Source: Eubacteriales bacterium
GTDB lineage: Bacteria; Bacillota; Clostridia; Oscillospirales; CAG-272
Reading direction: 5' to 3'
Length of the DNA: 64,000 nucleotides
NCBI GenBank assembly: GCA_045656445.1
Contig: JAZORD010000027.1
Span: 2,452 to 66,451, forward strand
Below, piece after piece: positions 36,365 to 47,325 of the stretch; the first letter of the stretch is position 1; every line of letters begins with the position of its first letter. The position numbers and the translations under genes are program-made. The notes under the pieces are model-generated. The model was not told where the DNA came from. It did no database searches and worked only from the letters and a program-made list of their open reading frames with translations.

Positions 36365-37702
36365 CTATCGAAAGTAATCCTCAAGGTCTGCCATAAAATA
36401 GGTAACGGCGAGAAGGTCTGCTGCTCCGCCTGCCGAGAGATTTCTTTTTATAAATTCATCATCCATAGCCTCTATCCGAGTCATTCGGAGGGGCTTTTTT
36501 TCTTGCAATATGCTCATTGCGTATTCCTTAACGAAGGCAAGACCTGCTTCGCCGCCTCGACTGTAAGCGGTGGTGTCATCGATTTTGGAGATTAGGTGAA
36601 TAAGAGTTATTACGCCGGAATCATTGTGGTTCAATCCGCTTTCACGCAGATTGCGATAGGCAGGAAGTGATATATCTCTCACCGAGGAAAATCCCGAGGC
36701 GGCTTCTCCGCGTACCCCTTTAATTCCGCGTTTGACGTATATGCGTTCGCCTGACGTCAGGCCGGCCGGTGAGGAAAAATCAGCTTCTATCGCTATATTT
36801 GCAAGCCTTGCCGCCTCGCTGAAAATGGCGTTTGCGCTCGGGGTGGGATTGTCGGGATTCCACAGTCTGCCAATGCTTCCCAGAAGAAGCCCGAAGGAAA
36901 AAATCGCGCCCTTGTGGGTGTTTGCGCCACCCGTCACTTTATACATCAGCCGCTCTGCAACCAGGCCCTCTTTCCTTAATTCTGAAAAGAGGTCGCCGTA
37001 TGGTGAGGCGGCGTTTTTTTTGCCTGCCTGGATGCATTTAAAAAAATATTCCTGAAGCGCAAGCGCGCTTTTTTCGAACAGTAGGGGGGTCATATCCCTG
37101 TGACTGCCGTTGTTGCGCAAATCAACGAGGCCGGGCTTAGGAGTAGTTCTCACCTCTTTTATAAGGCTTTCGGTTGCCAGCGCGGCTATACGGGCGCTGT
37201 CAATTTCAAAAACCCCTTTTGACATTATGCCGTTCATTGCGGTTTGAAGCTCGGTGGTGGGATGGACTCTCCCCGCGGCGCACGCCCTGCCTGAAGCGCC
37301 GCAAATGATACAGCCGCGCTCAGTCGGTCTTGAAAGCCGTTCAAGGCTCTCATTTATAACGTCCATATCAAACAGTCTGCCAAGAGAATCTCCATCCTCC
37401 GTATTAACGCACAGCTCTTTAAGCAGGACGGGGTCCTCATTTACCGCTAAAATCGCGCACGGTCCCGTTGAATTTTTGATTTCAACGTGCCGAAACAGTA
37501 TTTTTTCTTCATCAATTGCCGCATCGAGCCGGGCAAGCCCGATTTTAAAGGCGCGGGCAATAAGAGGAGAGTTTTTTATGGGGCCGGCAATATTCATGGT
37601 GAAGGATATAAGGGGTGTGCGGTATTTATTCGATATCTCCGTTTGAAGACGCGCGCGATTCTCTCTGGCGGCAAGAATTTCTGACAGGGTAGCCTCAGCC
37701 AT
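36365..37702 (-). CDS. citXG: Fused CitX-CitG: holo-ACP (phosphoribosyl-dephospho-CoA) transferase plus triphosphoribosyl-dephospho-CoA synthase
   Basis: The N-terminal roughly 170 aa are CitX-like (ILAARENRA...LISFTMNIAGPIK). The C-terminal part is CitG-like (TPKPGLVDLRNNGSHRDM). ATG at 37702 with a GGAG RBS. Confidence 0.85.
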   Translation of the reverse strand: MAEATLSEILAARENRARLQTEISNKYRTPLISFTMNIAGPIKNSPLIARAFKIGLARLDAAIDEEKILFRHVEIKNSTGPCAILAVNEDPVLLKELCVNTEDGDSLGRLFDMDVINESLERLSRPTERGCIICGASGRACAAGRVHPTTELQTAMNGIMSKGVFEIDSARIAALATESLIKEVRTTPKPGLVDLRNNGSHRDMTPLLFEKSALALQEYFFKCIQAGKKNAASPYGDLFSELRKEGLVAERLMYKVTGGANTHKGAIFSFGLLLGSIGRLWNPDNPTPSANAIFSEAARLANIAIEADFSSPAGLTSGERIYVKRGIKGVRGEAASGFSSVRDISLPAYRNLRESGLNHNDSGVITLIHLISKIDDTTAYSRGGEAGLAFVKEYAMSILQEKKPLRMTRIEAMDDEFIKRNLSAGGAADLLAVTYFMADLEDYFR

Positions 37703-37770
37703 TTTTATCTCCTTTAAAATTGATAATGCTTCGGAACATGGCACTTTACATATTCATCGCCGAATTCTTC

Positions 37771-38712
37771 TTAAATATCGTTGACGTCGTACTGGCTTTT
37801 CTGACGCTCGTCAAGCTTTTCAAGATAAGAAGCGTCCTCATCGACGCAACCTACAAGAAGATAACGCCTAGTCATTCGGTCATATATGAAATGGTTGAGC
37901 AGATGGAAATTTTTAATCATTCCCGTGCTTGAAACGTGTATTCTGGGACCGGTACAAGGGTGAAGATTATCGCCTATGAGAACGTGATTGTTGTCGTGGT
38001 ACACTACGGGCAGGTTTTGTTCAATCATTGACTTTACCTTCCTTTCAAGCTCGGGTATATCAAAGCTGGGCTTTCTTTCGGGGAAGGTTATAATAAATCC
38101 GTGCTTAACGTCGTCGTGTCCGCAATAGGCAAGGTCCTCAGGGGGCATACAGTATTCGCAAAGGTCCTCGGCTGTATGAGCCATAAGTCTGTATGCGAGA
38201 GAGTCGTAGACAACCTTTTTTATTTCATCTGGCTCCGGTCCGAACAAATTCGGTCTTGCTATAAGAATCTGCTCGCCGGCTCCGATAAGAAGATTCGCGT
38301 TATATCCGAGTAGGGGATAAATCAAATCGAAGTGCTCAACTATTACGCGCTTTCCGCTGTGCAGAGCATCGTCTATGGCATCGGCAAGCACGCTCATTTG
38401 GGTAAAGGCGTTTTCAAATCGAATATCCACATGATAGGTGTGAGGGGAGAAAAACTTAAGCCCCGAGCCCCTCTCAAGAAGCGGCAGAGGTCGGACGTAA
38501 ACTCCGTCGTCGTCGTTTGTAAGCTCAAGTCCCGGAAACATTCCGCGTATAAGCGCGCTTTTTCCGGCTCCTGCATCGCCTATTATACCTATAAGTCTAT
38601 CAAAGGGGGAGAGATAAAGCTGTGCCAGATGCGTTCCGAGCGAGTACATTCTGTTGTGTCCTCTCGGCGCAAAATAACTGCTTAATATATGGCTTTCCAA
38701 CCGTTCCTGCAT
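37771..38712 (-). CDS. Uncharacterised P-loop NTPase
   Basis: Walker A motif IGIIGDAGAGKSALI. I recognise no other family motif. ATG at 38712 with a GGAG RBS 6 nt upstream. It lies between citC and citXG. Confidence 0.55.
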   Translation of the reverse strand: MQERLESHILSSYFAPRGHNRMYSLGTHLAQLYLSPFDRLIGIIGDAGAGKSALIRGMFPGLELTNDDDGVYVRPLPLLERGSGLKFFSPHTYHVDIRFENAFTQMSVLADAIDDALHSGKRVIVEHFDLIYPLLGYNANLLIGAGEQILIARPNLFGPEPDEIKKVVYDSLAYRLMAHTAEDLCEYCMPPEDLAYCGHDDVKHGFIITFPERKPSFDIPELERKVKSMIEQNLPVVYHDNNHVLIGDNLHPCTGPRIHVSSTGMIKNFHLLNHFIYDRMTRRYLLVGCVDEDASYLEKLDERQKSQYDVNDI

Positions 38713-38764
38713 AACAATCTCCATTCTGCCGCCACAGCGGCCTAGCAAATATAGTATTGTGTTA

Positions 38765-39757
38765 TCAAATATATCCCTTTTTTAATAGGAAGTTGGTGGT
38801 GGTTTCGGGAAGAAGCGCGGAAAGCCCGTCCCGTCTGCCCTCCTTTATGAGAGCGCGAGCCGTACTTGCGCTTATGGGTCTGCCGTCGTTTTCAAGCCGC
38901 TTGACCTCTTTTACTGTTACGCCCATTTCGGGAAGATGGCGCTTGAGCGTCTCGTTATAGGCAAGGGTCAGCTTTGAGCTCGGCTCGCTTCCCACGTACC
39001 TGTATTTGATATCAAGATTTTTCGCAAAATGACGGACGAATATCTCAACGTCGAGAAGGCATTGCACGTCGGTAATGCTATCCCTCTCCTTAAGAAAATA
39101 CGTCGGAAAGGTTGCGGATGAAATAAGGTATGGACCGGTTGGCGCGACGATTACGTTGTTTAGGTGAGCGACTCCCACCTTTACCATTTCCATTCGGTCC
39201 TCTGAGGAAAACTCGCTTTTATCCTCTGAGAGAACGAAGACATAAAGCAGGTCGCATTCCCTTGCGGCAAGCTCAATGAGATATTTATGTCCGAGAGTAA
39301 AGGGGTTGCAATTCATAACGACAGAGCCTACCTTGTTGCAACTGCTTTTACGGGGCAGGGCGTTTATAAAGTCAGTCACACCCCCTCTTTTATTCTCTAG
39401 CAAAACCACCTTGTCGGTAGCTGCAACGGGGTAAAAGAAGAGCGAAGAAAACACGGGTTGGTTTTTTGGTGAGGTGTAGAGAAAAAGGTGACTGTATCCG
39501 TCCTTGAAGGCATCGTTGCGAAGAGCTCCGATTACGGCAGAGGTAAGGTCCTCCCCTCTGCGCGAAGGGTTTACCGCTATAAGCTTTAGGATGTTATTAT
39601 ATCTTGAGCCGGATGCTACTATTTCCTCTCCGTCCCACAGGATTGCAGTTTTTTCTATGAGGGGGTCGTAAAGAATCCCCGCGCCTTCAATAAATTTTTT
39701 CCACGCGTCAAGCTTTGCGCCGGACAGACCGTTTACAATTTCAACATACAAAGCCAA
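38765..39757 (-). CDS. citC: [Citrate/citramalate lyase] ACP ligase (acetate:SH-ACP ligase) CitC
   Basis: N-terminal GNAT-like domain plus a nucleotidyltransferase core NCNPFTLGHKYLIE. Confidence 0.88.
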   Translation of the reverse strand: MALYVEIVNGLSGAKLDAWKKFIEGAGILYDPLIEKTAILWDGEEIVASGSRYNNILKLIAVNPSRRGEDLTSAVIGALRNDAFKDGYSHLFLYTSPKNQPVFSSLFFYPVAATDKVVLLENKRGGVTDFINALPRKSSCNKVGSVVMNCNPFTLGHKYLIELAARECDLLYVFVLSEDKSEFSSEDRMEMVKVGVAHLNNVIVAPTGPYLISSATFPTYFLKERDSITDVQCLLDVEIFVRHFAKNLDIKYRYVGSEPSSKLTLAYNETLKRHLPEMGVTVKEVKRLENDGRPISASTARALIKEGRRDGLSALLPETTTNFLLKKGYI

Positions 39758-39868
39758 GTCCTCCCGTATCCCTTATTACATCCGAGGGTGTTATAAGCTA
39801 CTTCAATTATACAACATTTCTGCAAATATTGGAAGATAAAAATAAAAAAATTATTTTTCGAAAAGCAC

Positions 39869-39896
39869 TTGATTTTCGTGAGTTTCGTTGTATAAT
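39869..39896 (+). promoter_or_regulatory. Candidate promoter of the lyase/mutase operon
   Basis: TTGATT (39869..39874), 16-nt spacer, TATAAT (39891..39896). Confidence 0.4.
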
Positions 39897-40019
39897 GTTG
39901 TTGACAGCATATTGTACTAAAATTAAAACAATTGTAATAAGTCGCGTGACGTGTATTTAGTAGCAGATTGCTTTGAAAATCCGCGGGGCTTATGAGATTT
40001 TATAAAAGGAGCTTTACTT

Positions 40020-40292
40020 ATGGAGGTCTTAAAGCGCGCATGTGCCGGAACTATGGAATCGAGCGACGCTTATGTAGAGATTGAGCCTTGTTCGAGGGGA
40101 TTGAGTATCCATTTGGAATCGGTGGTTGAAAAACAGTTCGGAGATAAAATCAGAGCTACGGTCGAGGACGTTCTTTGCCGTTGCAAAGTAAAAAACGCCG
40201 CGGTACGCGTTATTGACCGAGGAGCTCTTGATTGCGTTATTCGCGCCAGAGTTGAAGCCGCAATAATAAGAGGAACGGGAGAGAGCGTATGA
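40020..40292 (+). CDS. citD: Citrate-lyase-type acyl carrier protein (gamma subunit)
   Basis: AGTMESSDAYVEIEP, with the prosthetic-group serine in its usual context. 90 aa. Confidence 0.9.
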   Translation: MEVLKRACAGTMESSDAYVEIEPCSRGLSIHLESVVEKQFGDKIRATVEDVLCRCKVKNAAVRVIDRGALDCVIRARVEAAIIRGTGESV

Positions 40293-41170
40293 TTCGGAGT
40301 ATGCTATTTTTGCCGGGCAACACACCCAACATGCTCATAAATGCCACGTATCTCGGAGCTGACGCGGTTATATTTGACCTTGAAGATGCCGTATCGCCCG
40401 ACGAGAAGGATGCCGCGCGCGTCTTGGTACGCAATACGCTGAGATATATGGAGTTTTCCTGTGAGCGCATAGTCCGTATCAACTCGGTAGACACTGATTA
40501 TTGGTGTGCTGACATTGACGCTGTGCTGCCGGAGCGCCCCAACCTTATACTTTTGCCAAAGGCGGCTACTTCCGGTGACGTGCTTGCCGTCGACAGATAT
40601 ATGGCAGAGCTTGAAAAAAAGCTTGGTCTTGATATTGGCACAGTAGGCATCATAGCTCTTATTGAAACGGCGCTCGGACTTGAAAACGCCTTTGCGATAG
40701 CGGGTTCGTGTAAGAGAGTTCGGGGCTTGTTCCTCGGTGCTGAGGACTTGACGGCAGATTTGCAGTGCAAGCGCACCCGTGAGGGTAGGGAAATAGAATA
40801 CGCCCGTATGCGACTTGTAGCAGCGGCTCGCGCCGCGGGAGTGGAGGTTTACGATACGCCGTTTACCGACGTTAACGACGAGGAGGGCATTGTTGCGGAT
40901 GCAGAGCTTGCTAAAGCACTCGGATTTACCGGTAAGGCTTCAATATCTCCGCGGCATATAAATGCGATAAACAAAGCCTTCTCACCCACCCTTTCAGAGA
41001 TAGATTATGCTTATGAGGTTATTGACGCTATCCGTATTGCAAAGGCAGAGGGAAAGGGCGCGATATCCCTTCGAGGAAAAATGATAGACGCGCCGATAGT
41101 GGCAAGAGCTGAGCGTACAATAGCTATGGCGCGCTCGCTTGGTATGGAGAGGAGGGATAAGTGTGAATAA
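40289..41170 (+). CDS. citE: Citryl/citramalyl-CoA lyase beta subunit
   Basis: RSMLFLPGN...DAVIFDLEDAV, and IALIETA.G..N. HpcH/CitE family. Confidence 0.9.
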   Translation: MIRSMLFLPGNTPNMLINATYLGADAVIFDLEDAVSPDEKDAARVLVRNTLRYMEFSCERIVRINSVDTDYWCADIDAVLPERPNLILLPKAATSGDVLAVDRYMAELEKKLGLDIGTVGIIALIETALGLENAFAIAGSCKRVRGLFLGAEDLTADLQCKRTREGREIEYARMRLVAAARAAGVEVYDTPFTDVNDEEGIVADAELAKALGFTGKASISPRHINAINKAFSPTLSEIDYAYEVIDAIRIAKAEGKGAISLRGKMIDAPIVARAERTIAMARSLGMERRDKCE

Positions 41171-42575
41171 GCTCTTAGGCTCTATAAAAGAAGCGATAAA
41201 TCTTACAGGCCTTTCAGATGGAATGACTGTATCCTTTCACCACCATCTGAGAAACGGAGATTTTGTGCTCAATATGGTTATGGAAGAAATAGCCGCGTTG
41301 GGCATACGTGATATAAAGATAAACGCCAGCTCCTTATTTGACACGCATATGCCGCTCATTGAGCATATAAAGAACGGAGTTGTTACCGGTGTTTCGACGG
41401 ATTATATGGGCGCCGGGATTGGAAGGGCGTTTTCCGAGGGAGTTTTGGCAGCGCCTGTTAAATTTTACACCCACGGCGGCCGTCCCTACAGCTTAGCTGA
41501 GGGCAGAGAAAAAATAGACGTAGCGTTTATTGCCGCGCCCACGGCGGACTCAATGGGAAACTGCTCGGGTAAGTATGGAAAATCAGCCTGCGGCAGCCTT
41601 GGATATGCATTTGCCGACGCTGCTTATGCAGAGCGCGTGGTGGTGATTACCGATAATCTCGTTTCAAGTCCGCTTGATGACTTTTCTATATCCGAGGACT
41701 ACGTTGATTACGTCGTAGAGGTTGGGGCGATAGGCGACCCGAATGGCATCGTATCCGGAACGACGAGAATAACGAGGGACCCTGTGGGTCTTATAATGGC
41801 GGCAAACGCCGCAAGGGTCATTGAGGCGTCGGGCTTGCTTAAGGACGGATTCTCGTTCCAGACGGGCGCTGGCGGAGCATCCTTGGCAACGGCAAAATTC
41901 TTAAAGGAAATTATGCAGAGGGAGAACATCACCGGCAGCTTCGGGCTTGGCGGCATTACCGGATATATGGTAGATATGCTTAATGCCGGATGCTTTAAGG
42001 AGCTTCGTGACGTGCAGTGCTTCGATCTCGTTGCCGTGGAATCAATTCGCAACAATCCAAATCATAAAGAGATATCCGCAATGCAGTACGCATCGCCCGG
42101 CGAAAAAAACGCTGCGGTCAACAGCCTTGATGTTGTTATACTCGGAGCAACTGAGATAGATACCGATTTCAACGTAAATGTGCATACCGATTCAAACGGT
42201 TACATTATGGGCGGCTCCGGAGGTCACAGCGACACTGCTGCGGGAGCAAAGCTTTCTATGATAATAGCGCCGATGTTCCGCGCAAGGCTGCCTATAATCG
42301 TGGACAGGGTAAACTGCATTTCTACGCCCGGCAAGGATATAGACGTCCTCGTCACGCAGGGCGGAATAGCGGTAAATCCAAAAAGGAGCGAACTGAGAGA
42401 AAGGCTTTGCGCCGCGGGCTTGCCTATAATTGATATAGGAGAGCTTAAGGAGAAGACCGAGAGGATAACCGGCATTCCCAAAAGGCTTGAGAGGGGAGAG
42501 CGCGTCGTTGCCGAAATAATTGGCAGAGAGGGCAATCTTCTTGATAAAATATACAACGTTCCTAACAATAATTAA
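41163..42575 (+). CDS. citF: Citrate-lyase-type alpha subunit (acyl-ACP:carboxylate CoA-transferase)
   Basis: SFHHHLRNGD and the overall CitF layout. I prefer the GTG at 41163 (GGAGAGGAGG RBS). The ORF track uses the ATG at 41139. Confidence 0.88.
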   Translation: MNKLLGSIKEAINLTGLSDGMTVSFHHHLRNGDFVLNMVMEEIAALGIRDIKINASSLFDTHMPLIEHIKNGVVTGVSTDYMGAGIGRAFSEGVLAAPVKFYTHGGRPYSLAEGREKIDVAFIAAPTADSMGNCSGKYGKSACGSLGYAFADAAYAERVVVITDNLVSSPLDDFSISEDYVDYVVEVGAIGDPNGIVSGTTRITRDPVGLIMAANAARVIEASGLLKDGFSFQTGAGGASLATAKFLKEIMQRENITGSFGLGGITGYMVDMLNAGCFKELRDVQCFDLVAVESIRNNPNHKEISAMQYASPGEKNAAVNSLDVVILGATEIDTDFNVNVHTDSNGYIMGGSGGHSDTAAGAKLSMIIAPMFRARLPIIVDRVNCISTPGKDIDVLVTQGGIAVNPKRSELRERLCAAGLPIIDIGELKEKTERITGIPKRLERGERVVAEIIGREGNLLDKIYNVPNNN

Positions 42576-42583
42576 CGGGAGAT

Positions 42584-43429
42584 TTGAAAGTGAGAGAAAT
42601 TAATGCAGCTCTTATTACTGAATCTGTAAAAAAACTGTGCATTGATTCCAACTGTCATCTAACGCGCGACGTGAAGGAAAAAATTAAAGCGTCCCGAGAC
42701 AGCGAGGATTGGCCAAAGGCGCAGGAAATACTTGATAAAATTATAGAAAATTTTGAAATAGCAGACGAGGAAAAGCGGCCTATATGTCAGGACACGGGTG
42801 TAGCGTGCGTATTCATTAAGGTTGGTCAGGACGTACATATTGAAGGAAACCTCACCGATGCGGTAAACGAAGGGGTAAGGCTTGGCTACGCTGATGGTTA
42901 TCTTCGCAAAAGCGTGGTTCGTGACCCCTTGAACAGAGTAAATACCAAGGATAACACCCCGGCTATGATATATTACGATATCGTTGAGGGAGATAAAATC
43001 GAAATAACGGTAGCTCCAAAGGGATTTGGAAGCGAAAATATGAGTAAAATTGCTATGCTCCGTCCCTCAGACGGAATAGAGGGCGTTATTGATTTTGTTT
43101 GCAAGACCGTGGAGGAAGCTGGCCCAAACCCCTGTCCGCCCATCGTGGTTGGCGTGGGAATAGGAGGAACGTTTGATAAGGCAGCGTATCTTGCAAAGCG
43201 GGCGTTGCTTCGTCCGTTAGACGAAAGAAACAGCGATTCCTTTTACAGCGAGCTTGAGCAAACACTTCTTGAGAAAATTAATTCTCTTGGAATAGGTCCG
43301 CAGGGCTTTGGAGGAAAAACAACGGCGCTTGCAGTAAATATAGAGCAGCTTCCTACTCATATCGCGGGATTACCGGTTGCGGTTAACATAAACTGCCACG
43401 TAACAAGGCATAAAACGGAGGTTATATAA
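42584..43429 (+). CDS. Fe-S hydro-lyase alpha subunit (class I fumarate hydratase / tartrate dehydratase type); mesaconase candidate
   Basis: PICQDTGVACVFIKVGQD and GFGSENMS. 281 aa. The start is TTG at 42584 or GTG at 42590. Confidence 0.85.
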   Translation: MKVREINAALITESVKKLCIDSNCHLTRDVKEKIKASRDSEDWPKAQEILDKIIENFEIADEEKRPICQDTGVACVFIKVGQDVHIEGNLTDAVNEGVRLGYADGYLRKSVVRDPLNRVNTKDNTPAMIYYDIVEGDKIEITVAPKGFGSENMSKIAMLRPSDGIEGVIDFVCKTVEEAGPNPCPPIVVGVGIGGTFDKAAYLAKRALLRPLDERNSDSFYSELEQTLLEKINSLGIGPQGFGGKTTALAVNIEQLPTHIAGLPVAVNINCHVTRHKTEVI

Positions 43430-44002
43430 ATGGATATTAAAATTACGACTCCGTTTACCGCCGAAAAGGCAAGAGAATTAAGGGCTGGCGACAGCTGTCT
43501 TATTTCCGGCGTTATATATACCGCAAGAGATGCGGCTCATAAAAGGCTGTGTGAACTTATAGAAGAAAATAAAGAGCTTCCTGTCAACCTGGAGGACGGT
43601 ATTATATATTTTGTAGGTCCAACTCCCGCAAAGCCAGGTCAGGTTATTGGCTCAGCAGGACCTACAACCTCTTACAGAATGGACGCTTATAGCCCCGCGC
43701 TCATTGAAAAGGGTCTTACGGGCATGATAGGCAAGGGAAAAAGAGGACCGGCGGTGGTTGCCGCAATGAAGGCGCGCGGAGCTGTGTATTTCGGGGCAAT
43801 CGGTGGATGCGGAGCGCTTATTTCAAGGTGTATAAAAAAAGCTGAGGTAGTAGCCTACGACGACCTTGGGGCAGAGGCTATACGACGTCTTGAGGTCGAG
43901 AATTTTCCCGTAACGGTTATTATAGATTCCTACGGAAATAACCTTTATGAAACAGGTAGAGAGAGTTATCTTAAGAGCCGCGAGGACGGTACGCTCGGTT
44001 GA
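43430..44002 (+). CDS. Fe-S hydro-lyase beta subunit (class I fumarate hydratase type)
   Basis: GVIYTARDAAHKRL...GPTTSYRMD...GKG. 190 aa. Its start abuts the alpha-subunit stop codon. Confidence 0.85.
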   Translation: MDIKITTPFTAEKARELRAGDSCLISGVIYTARDAAHKRLCELIEENKELPVNLEDGIIYFVGPTPAKPGQVIGSAGPTTSYRMDAYSPALIEKGLTGMIGKGKRGPAVVAAMKARGAVYFGAIGGCGALISRCIKKAEVVAYDDLGAEAIRRLEVENFPVTVIIDSYGNNLYETGRESYLKSREDGTLG

Positions 44003-44050
44003 CTGAGGATTAAGAAATAATCAAATTTACATAAATAAAGAGGAATCAAA

Positions 44051-44482
44051 ATGAACGAAGAAAAGAAAAAGGTGTTGGTTATCGGAGTTATCGGAGCAGA
44101 CGTTCACGCCGTCGGTAACAAGATTTTGTATCACGCCTTTACACAGGCAGGCTTTGAGGTTGTAAACCTCGGAGTTATGGTTTCCCAAGAGGAATATATC
44201 GCCGCGGCAATCGAATCGAGCGCCGATGCGATAGTGGTTTCCTCGCTCTACGGTCAAGGAGAGCTTGACTGCCGCGGACTGCGCGAAAAATGCGATGAAG
44301 CGGGACTTAAAGGAATTCCGCTAGTGGTTGGTGGAAACATAGTTATCGGAAAGCAGAGGTTTGAGGACGTTGAGCTTCGCTTCAAGGCTATGGGATTTGA
44401 CCGTGCGTTCCCGCCCGGAACATCTCCCGAAACCACGATACAGGCGCTTCGCGAACTGCTTCATATGGACGGTAATAAATAG
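44051..44482 (+). CDS. glmS: Glutamate (methylaspartate) mutase sigma subunit, B12-binding
   Basis: DxHxxG cobalamin-binding motif ([10 protein letters not shown]). 143 aa. Confidence 0.92.
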   Translation: MNEEKKKVLVIGVIGADVHAVGNKILYHAFTQAGFEVVNLGVMVSQEEYIAAAIESSADAIVVSSLYGQGELDCRGLREKCDEAGLKGIPLVVGGNIVIGKQRFEDVELRFKAMGFDRAFPPGTSPETTIQALRELLHMDGNK

Positions 44483-45873
44483 TGAAAAATATTTTGCTGA
44501 TTGATTTTGGCAGCACTTACACTAAATTGACCGCCGTAGATGTAGATGGAGAGGAAATACTCGGCACGGCGTCTGCCTTTACTACGGTAGACACCGACAT
44601 AAACGACGGTCTTGAAAATGCCATGCGCATATTGGAGGGGAAAATCGGCAAAATAGGCTTTGAGGCGTGTTATGCCTGCTCCTCCGCTGCGGGCGGTTTG
44701 AGAATGGTAACGAGCGGTCTTGTTCCCGAGCTTACGGGCGAGGCTGCAAAGCTTGCAAGTCTTGGCGCGGGCGCAAAGGTTGTCGGAATATATGCCTTTG
44801 AGCTCACCGAGGAGGACGTAGACCGAATCAGAGAGCTTGCACCCGACATTTTTTTGCTTGTGGGAGGCACTGACGGTGGTAACACCGAATGTATAATTCA
44901 CAACGCAAAAATGATAGCGGATATGAAGCCGGATTTTCCGATAGTAATAGCGGGAAACCGCAACGCCGCAAAAGAGTGTGAAAAAATTCTCAAGGGTCTT
45001 GAGATTCACGTGTGTCCGAACGTAATGCCTAAATTCGGGAAGCTTGATATAGAGCCGACCCAAAAGAAAATACGCGAGATATTTTTAAATCGCATAATTC
45101 AGGCTAAGGGTTTGAGTCGGGCGACAGAGCTTTTGTCTGATATAATGATGCCGACGCCATCCGCGGTTTTACAGGCTATGGAGCTTTTATCCAAGGGTAC
45201 GGAGGACGAGAGCGGAATAGGCGAGCTTGTGGCGGTTGACGTTGGCGGAGCTACTACCGACGTATATTCAATCGCCGACGGCATGCCGGAGCATATGAAC
45301 ACGGTGTTTAAGGGGTTGCCTGAGCCGTATGCAAAGCGTACCGTTGAGGGCGATATCGGAATGAGATATAGCATTCAAGGTATAATTGATGCGGTTGGAA
45401 TAGGTAGGATTTGCGAGCTGTCCGGTCTTTCAGAGGAGCGAGCCTTTGCCTTGACCGAATATCTCAAGCAAAATAAGGACAAAACTCCCGGAAAAGACGA
45501 GGAGCTTATCGCGCTTGATTTCGCGCTGGCGGCAAGCGCTATTGACGAAGCCGTGAGGCGTCATGCAGGCAGCATTTATGAAACCTACACAATGATGGGC
45601 CAGACCTTCGTTCAAGAGGGGAAAAACCTTACCAGAGTAAAAAACATAGTAGTAACGGGCGGGAGCATTATACATACCCAAAACACCGAAAAAATAGCAT
45701 CCCATGCTCTTTACTCGAAAGCGCACCCCGAATCTCTGCGACCAAAGGAAGCAGACGTGTGGGTTGACAGAACCTATATACTTGCCGCTATGGGACTTCT
45801 TTCCTCATATTATCCAAGCGCGGCGTTAAGAATAATGAAAAAGGAGCTTGAGCACCATGGACATTCAAAATAA
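44482..45873 (+). CDS. glmL: Methylaspartate mutase accessory/reactivase protein GlmL (MutL)
   Basis: ASKHA-type [17 protein letters not shown], a second [11 protein letters not shown], and its position between the S and E subunits. Confidence 0.88.
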   Translation: MKNILLIDFGSTYTKLTAVDVDGEEILGTASAFTTVDTDINDGLENAMRILEGKIGKIGFEACYACSSAAGGLRMVTSGLVPELTGEAAKLASLGAGAKVVGIYAFELTEEDVDRIRELAPDIFLLVGGTDGGNTECIIHNAKMIADMKPDFPIVIAGNRNAAKECEKILKGLEIHVCPNVMPKFGKLDIEPTQKKIREIFLNRIIQAKGLSRATELLSDIMMPTPSAVLQAMELLSKGTEDESGIGELVAVDVGGATTDVYSIADGMPEHMNTVFKGLPEPYAKRTVEGDIGMRYSIQGIIDAVGIGRICELSGLSEERAFALTEYLKQNKDKTPGKDEELIALDFALAASAIDEAVRRHAGSIYETYTMMGQTFVQEGKNLTRVKNIVVTGGSIIHTQNTEKIASHALYSKAHPESLRPKEADVWVDRTYILAAMGLLSSYYPSAALRIMKKELEHHGHSK

Positions 45874-47308
45874 GCGTTTAACCGACGAGCAGTTTTATAG
45901 CGAACGCAAGGAGGTTCTTTCGCAGTGGCACACTGGAAAGGAAGTAAATCTCGAGGAAGCGATAGCCTATCATAAGGCTATGCCCGAAAACAGAAAATTT
46001 TCGAAAAAGCTTTTAGATGCTAAGCAGCAAAGACGAACCCTCGTTCAGCCGCGCGCAGGCGTGCCTGTAATCGAGGAGCATATAAAGCTTATGCAATATC
46101 TTGAAAAGTACGGAGAGGCAGACCTTCTTCCGTCTACCATTGACAGCTACACGCGTCAGAACAGGTACGAGGAGGCTGAGGACGGCATTTCCGAATCCAT
46201 TCGTCTTAAAAGAGCAATGCTGAACGGATTCCCCGCTGTAAACCACGGAGTAGCGAATTGCCGCCGTGTTATAGAAAGCGTTGACGTTCCTATGCAGGTT
46301 CGTCACGGAACTCCGGATGCAAGACTTCTTACGGAAATTACTCTTGCAGGTGGCTTCACAAGCTACGAGGGCGGCGGAATTTCTTATAATCTGCCGTACT
46401 GCAAAAATATACCGATGGAAAGAACCATCAAGGACTGGCAATATACCGACCGCCTTGTAGGTATCTACGAGGAAATGGGAGTTTCCATAAACCGCGAGCC
46501 TTTCGGACCTCTTACAGGAACGCTCGTTCCGCCCTGCATATCGCACGCGGCAGCCGTTATCGAAGCGCTTTTGGCGGCAGAGCAGGGAGTGAAAAACATC
46601 ACTGTCGGATACGGACAGTGCGGAAATCTCGTTCAGGACGTTGCAGCAATAAGAACTCTTGAGGAGCTCACTGAGGAATATTTACATAAATACGGATACG
46701 ATGATGTTCAGGTAACTACCGTTCTTCATCAGTGGATGGGAGGCTTCCCTGCTGATGAAGCTATGGCGTTTGGCGTAATATCGTTTGGCAGCGTTATCGC
46801 GGCTCTTTCAAAGGCAACTAAGGTTATCGTTAAAACGCCTCACGAGGCTGTTGGAATTCCTACTATGGAGGCTAACGCTCAGGGGCTGCGTTGCACAAAG
46901 CAGGTTGTAAATATGCTTTACGACCAGGAGTTTAAGGACGAGGCCCTTGAAACAGAAAAGGAAATTATACGCCGCGAAACAAGAGCTATTGTAGATAAGT
47001 GCTTTGAGCTTGGCGGCGGTGACATCGCGATAGGTGTTTGCCGCGGAGTTGAAGCGGGAGTTTTGGACGTTCCGTTTGCTCCTTGCCGAGCAAATGCGGG
47101 ACTTATGCTTCCTTGCCGTGACAACAACGGCGCGGTTCGTATTCTTGAGCCCGGAAACCTTCCCTTCTCAAAGGAGCTGCTTGATTTCCACAAATCAAAA
47201 ATTGAGGAGCGCGCAGTAGCAGAAAAACGCGCGGCATCCTTCCAGATGGTAGTCGATGATGTTTACGCTATCGGCAAGGGCAGACTCGTCGGACGCCCTA
47301 AATATTGA
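45857..47308 (+). CDS. glmE: Glutamate (methylaspartate) mutase epsilon subunit
   Basis: About 483 aa with a TIM-barrel subunit style. ATG at 45857 lies 10 nt after an AAGGAG RBS. It overlaps the glmL end. Confidence 0.92.
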   Translation: MDIQNKRLTDEQFYSERKEVLSQWHTGKEVNLEEAIAYHKAMPENRKFSKKLLDAKQQRRTLVQPRAGVPVIEEHIKLMQYLEKYGEADLLPSTIDSYTRQNRYEEAEDGISESIRLKRAMLNGFPAVNHGVANCRRVIESVDVPMQVRHGTPDARLLTEITLAGGFTSYEGGGISYNLPYCKNIPMERTIKDWQYTDRLVGIYEEMGVSINREPFGPLTGTLVPPCISHAAAVIEALLAAEQGVKNITVGYGQCGNLVQDVAAIRTLEELTEEYLHKYGYDDVQVTTVLHQWMGGFPADEAMAFGVISFGSVIAALSKATKVIVKTPHEAVGIPTMEANAQGLRCTKQVVNMLYDQEFKDEALETEKEIIRRETRAIVDKCFELGGGDIAIGVCRGVEAGVLDVPFAPCRANAGLMLPCRDNNGAVRILEPGNLPFSKELLDFHKSKIEERAVAEKRAASFQMVVDDVYAIGKGRLVGRPKY

Positions 47309-47325
47309 TATAAGGAGTATAAAAA

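Noticed and set aside
40020-42575. Reading citDEF as a citrate fermentation locus
   Set aside because: There is no citrate carrier, oxaloacetate decarboxylase or citrate-responsive regulator nearby. The genes are embedded in the methylaspartate pathway operon, so citramalate lyase is the better hypothesis, though untested.
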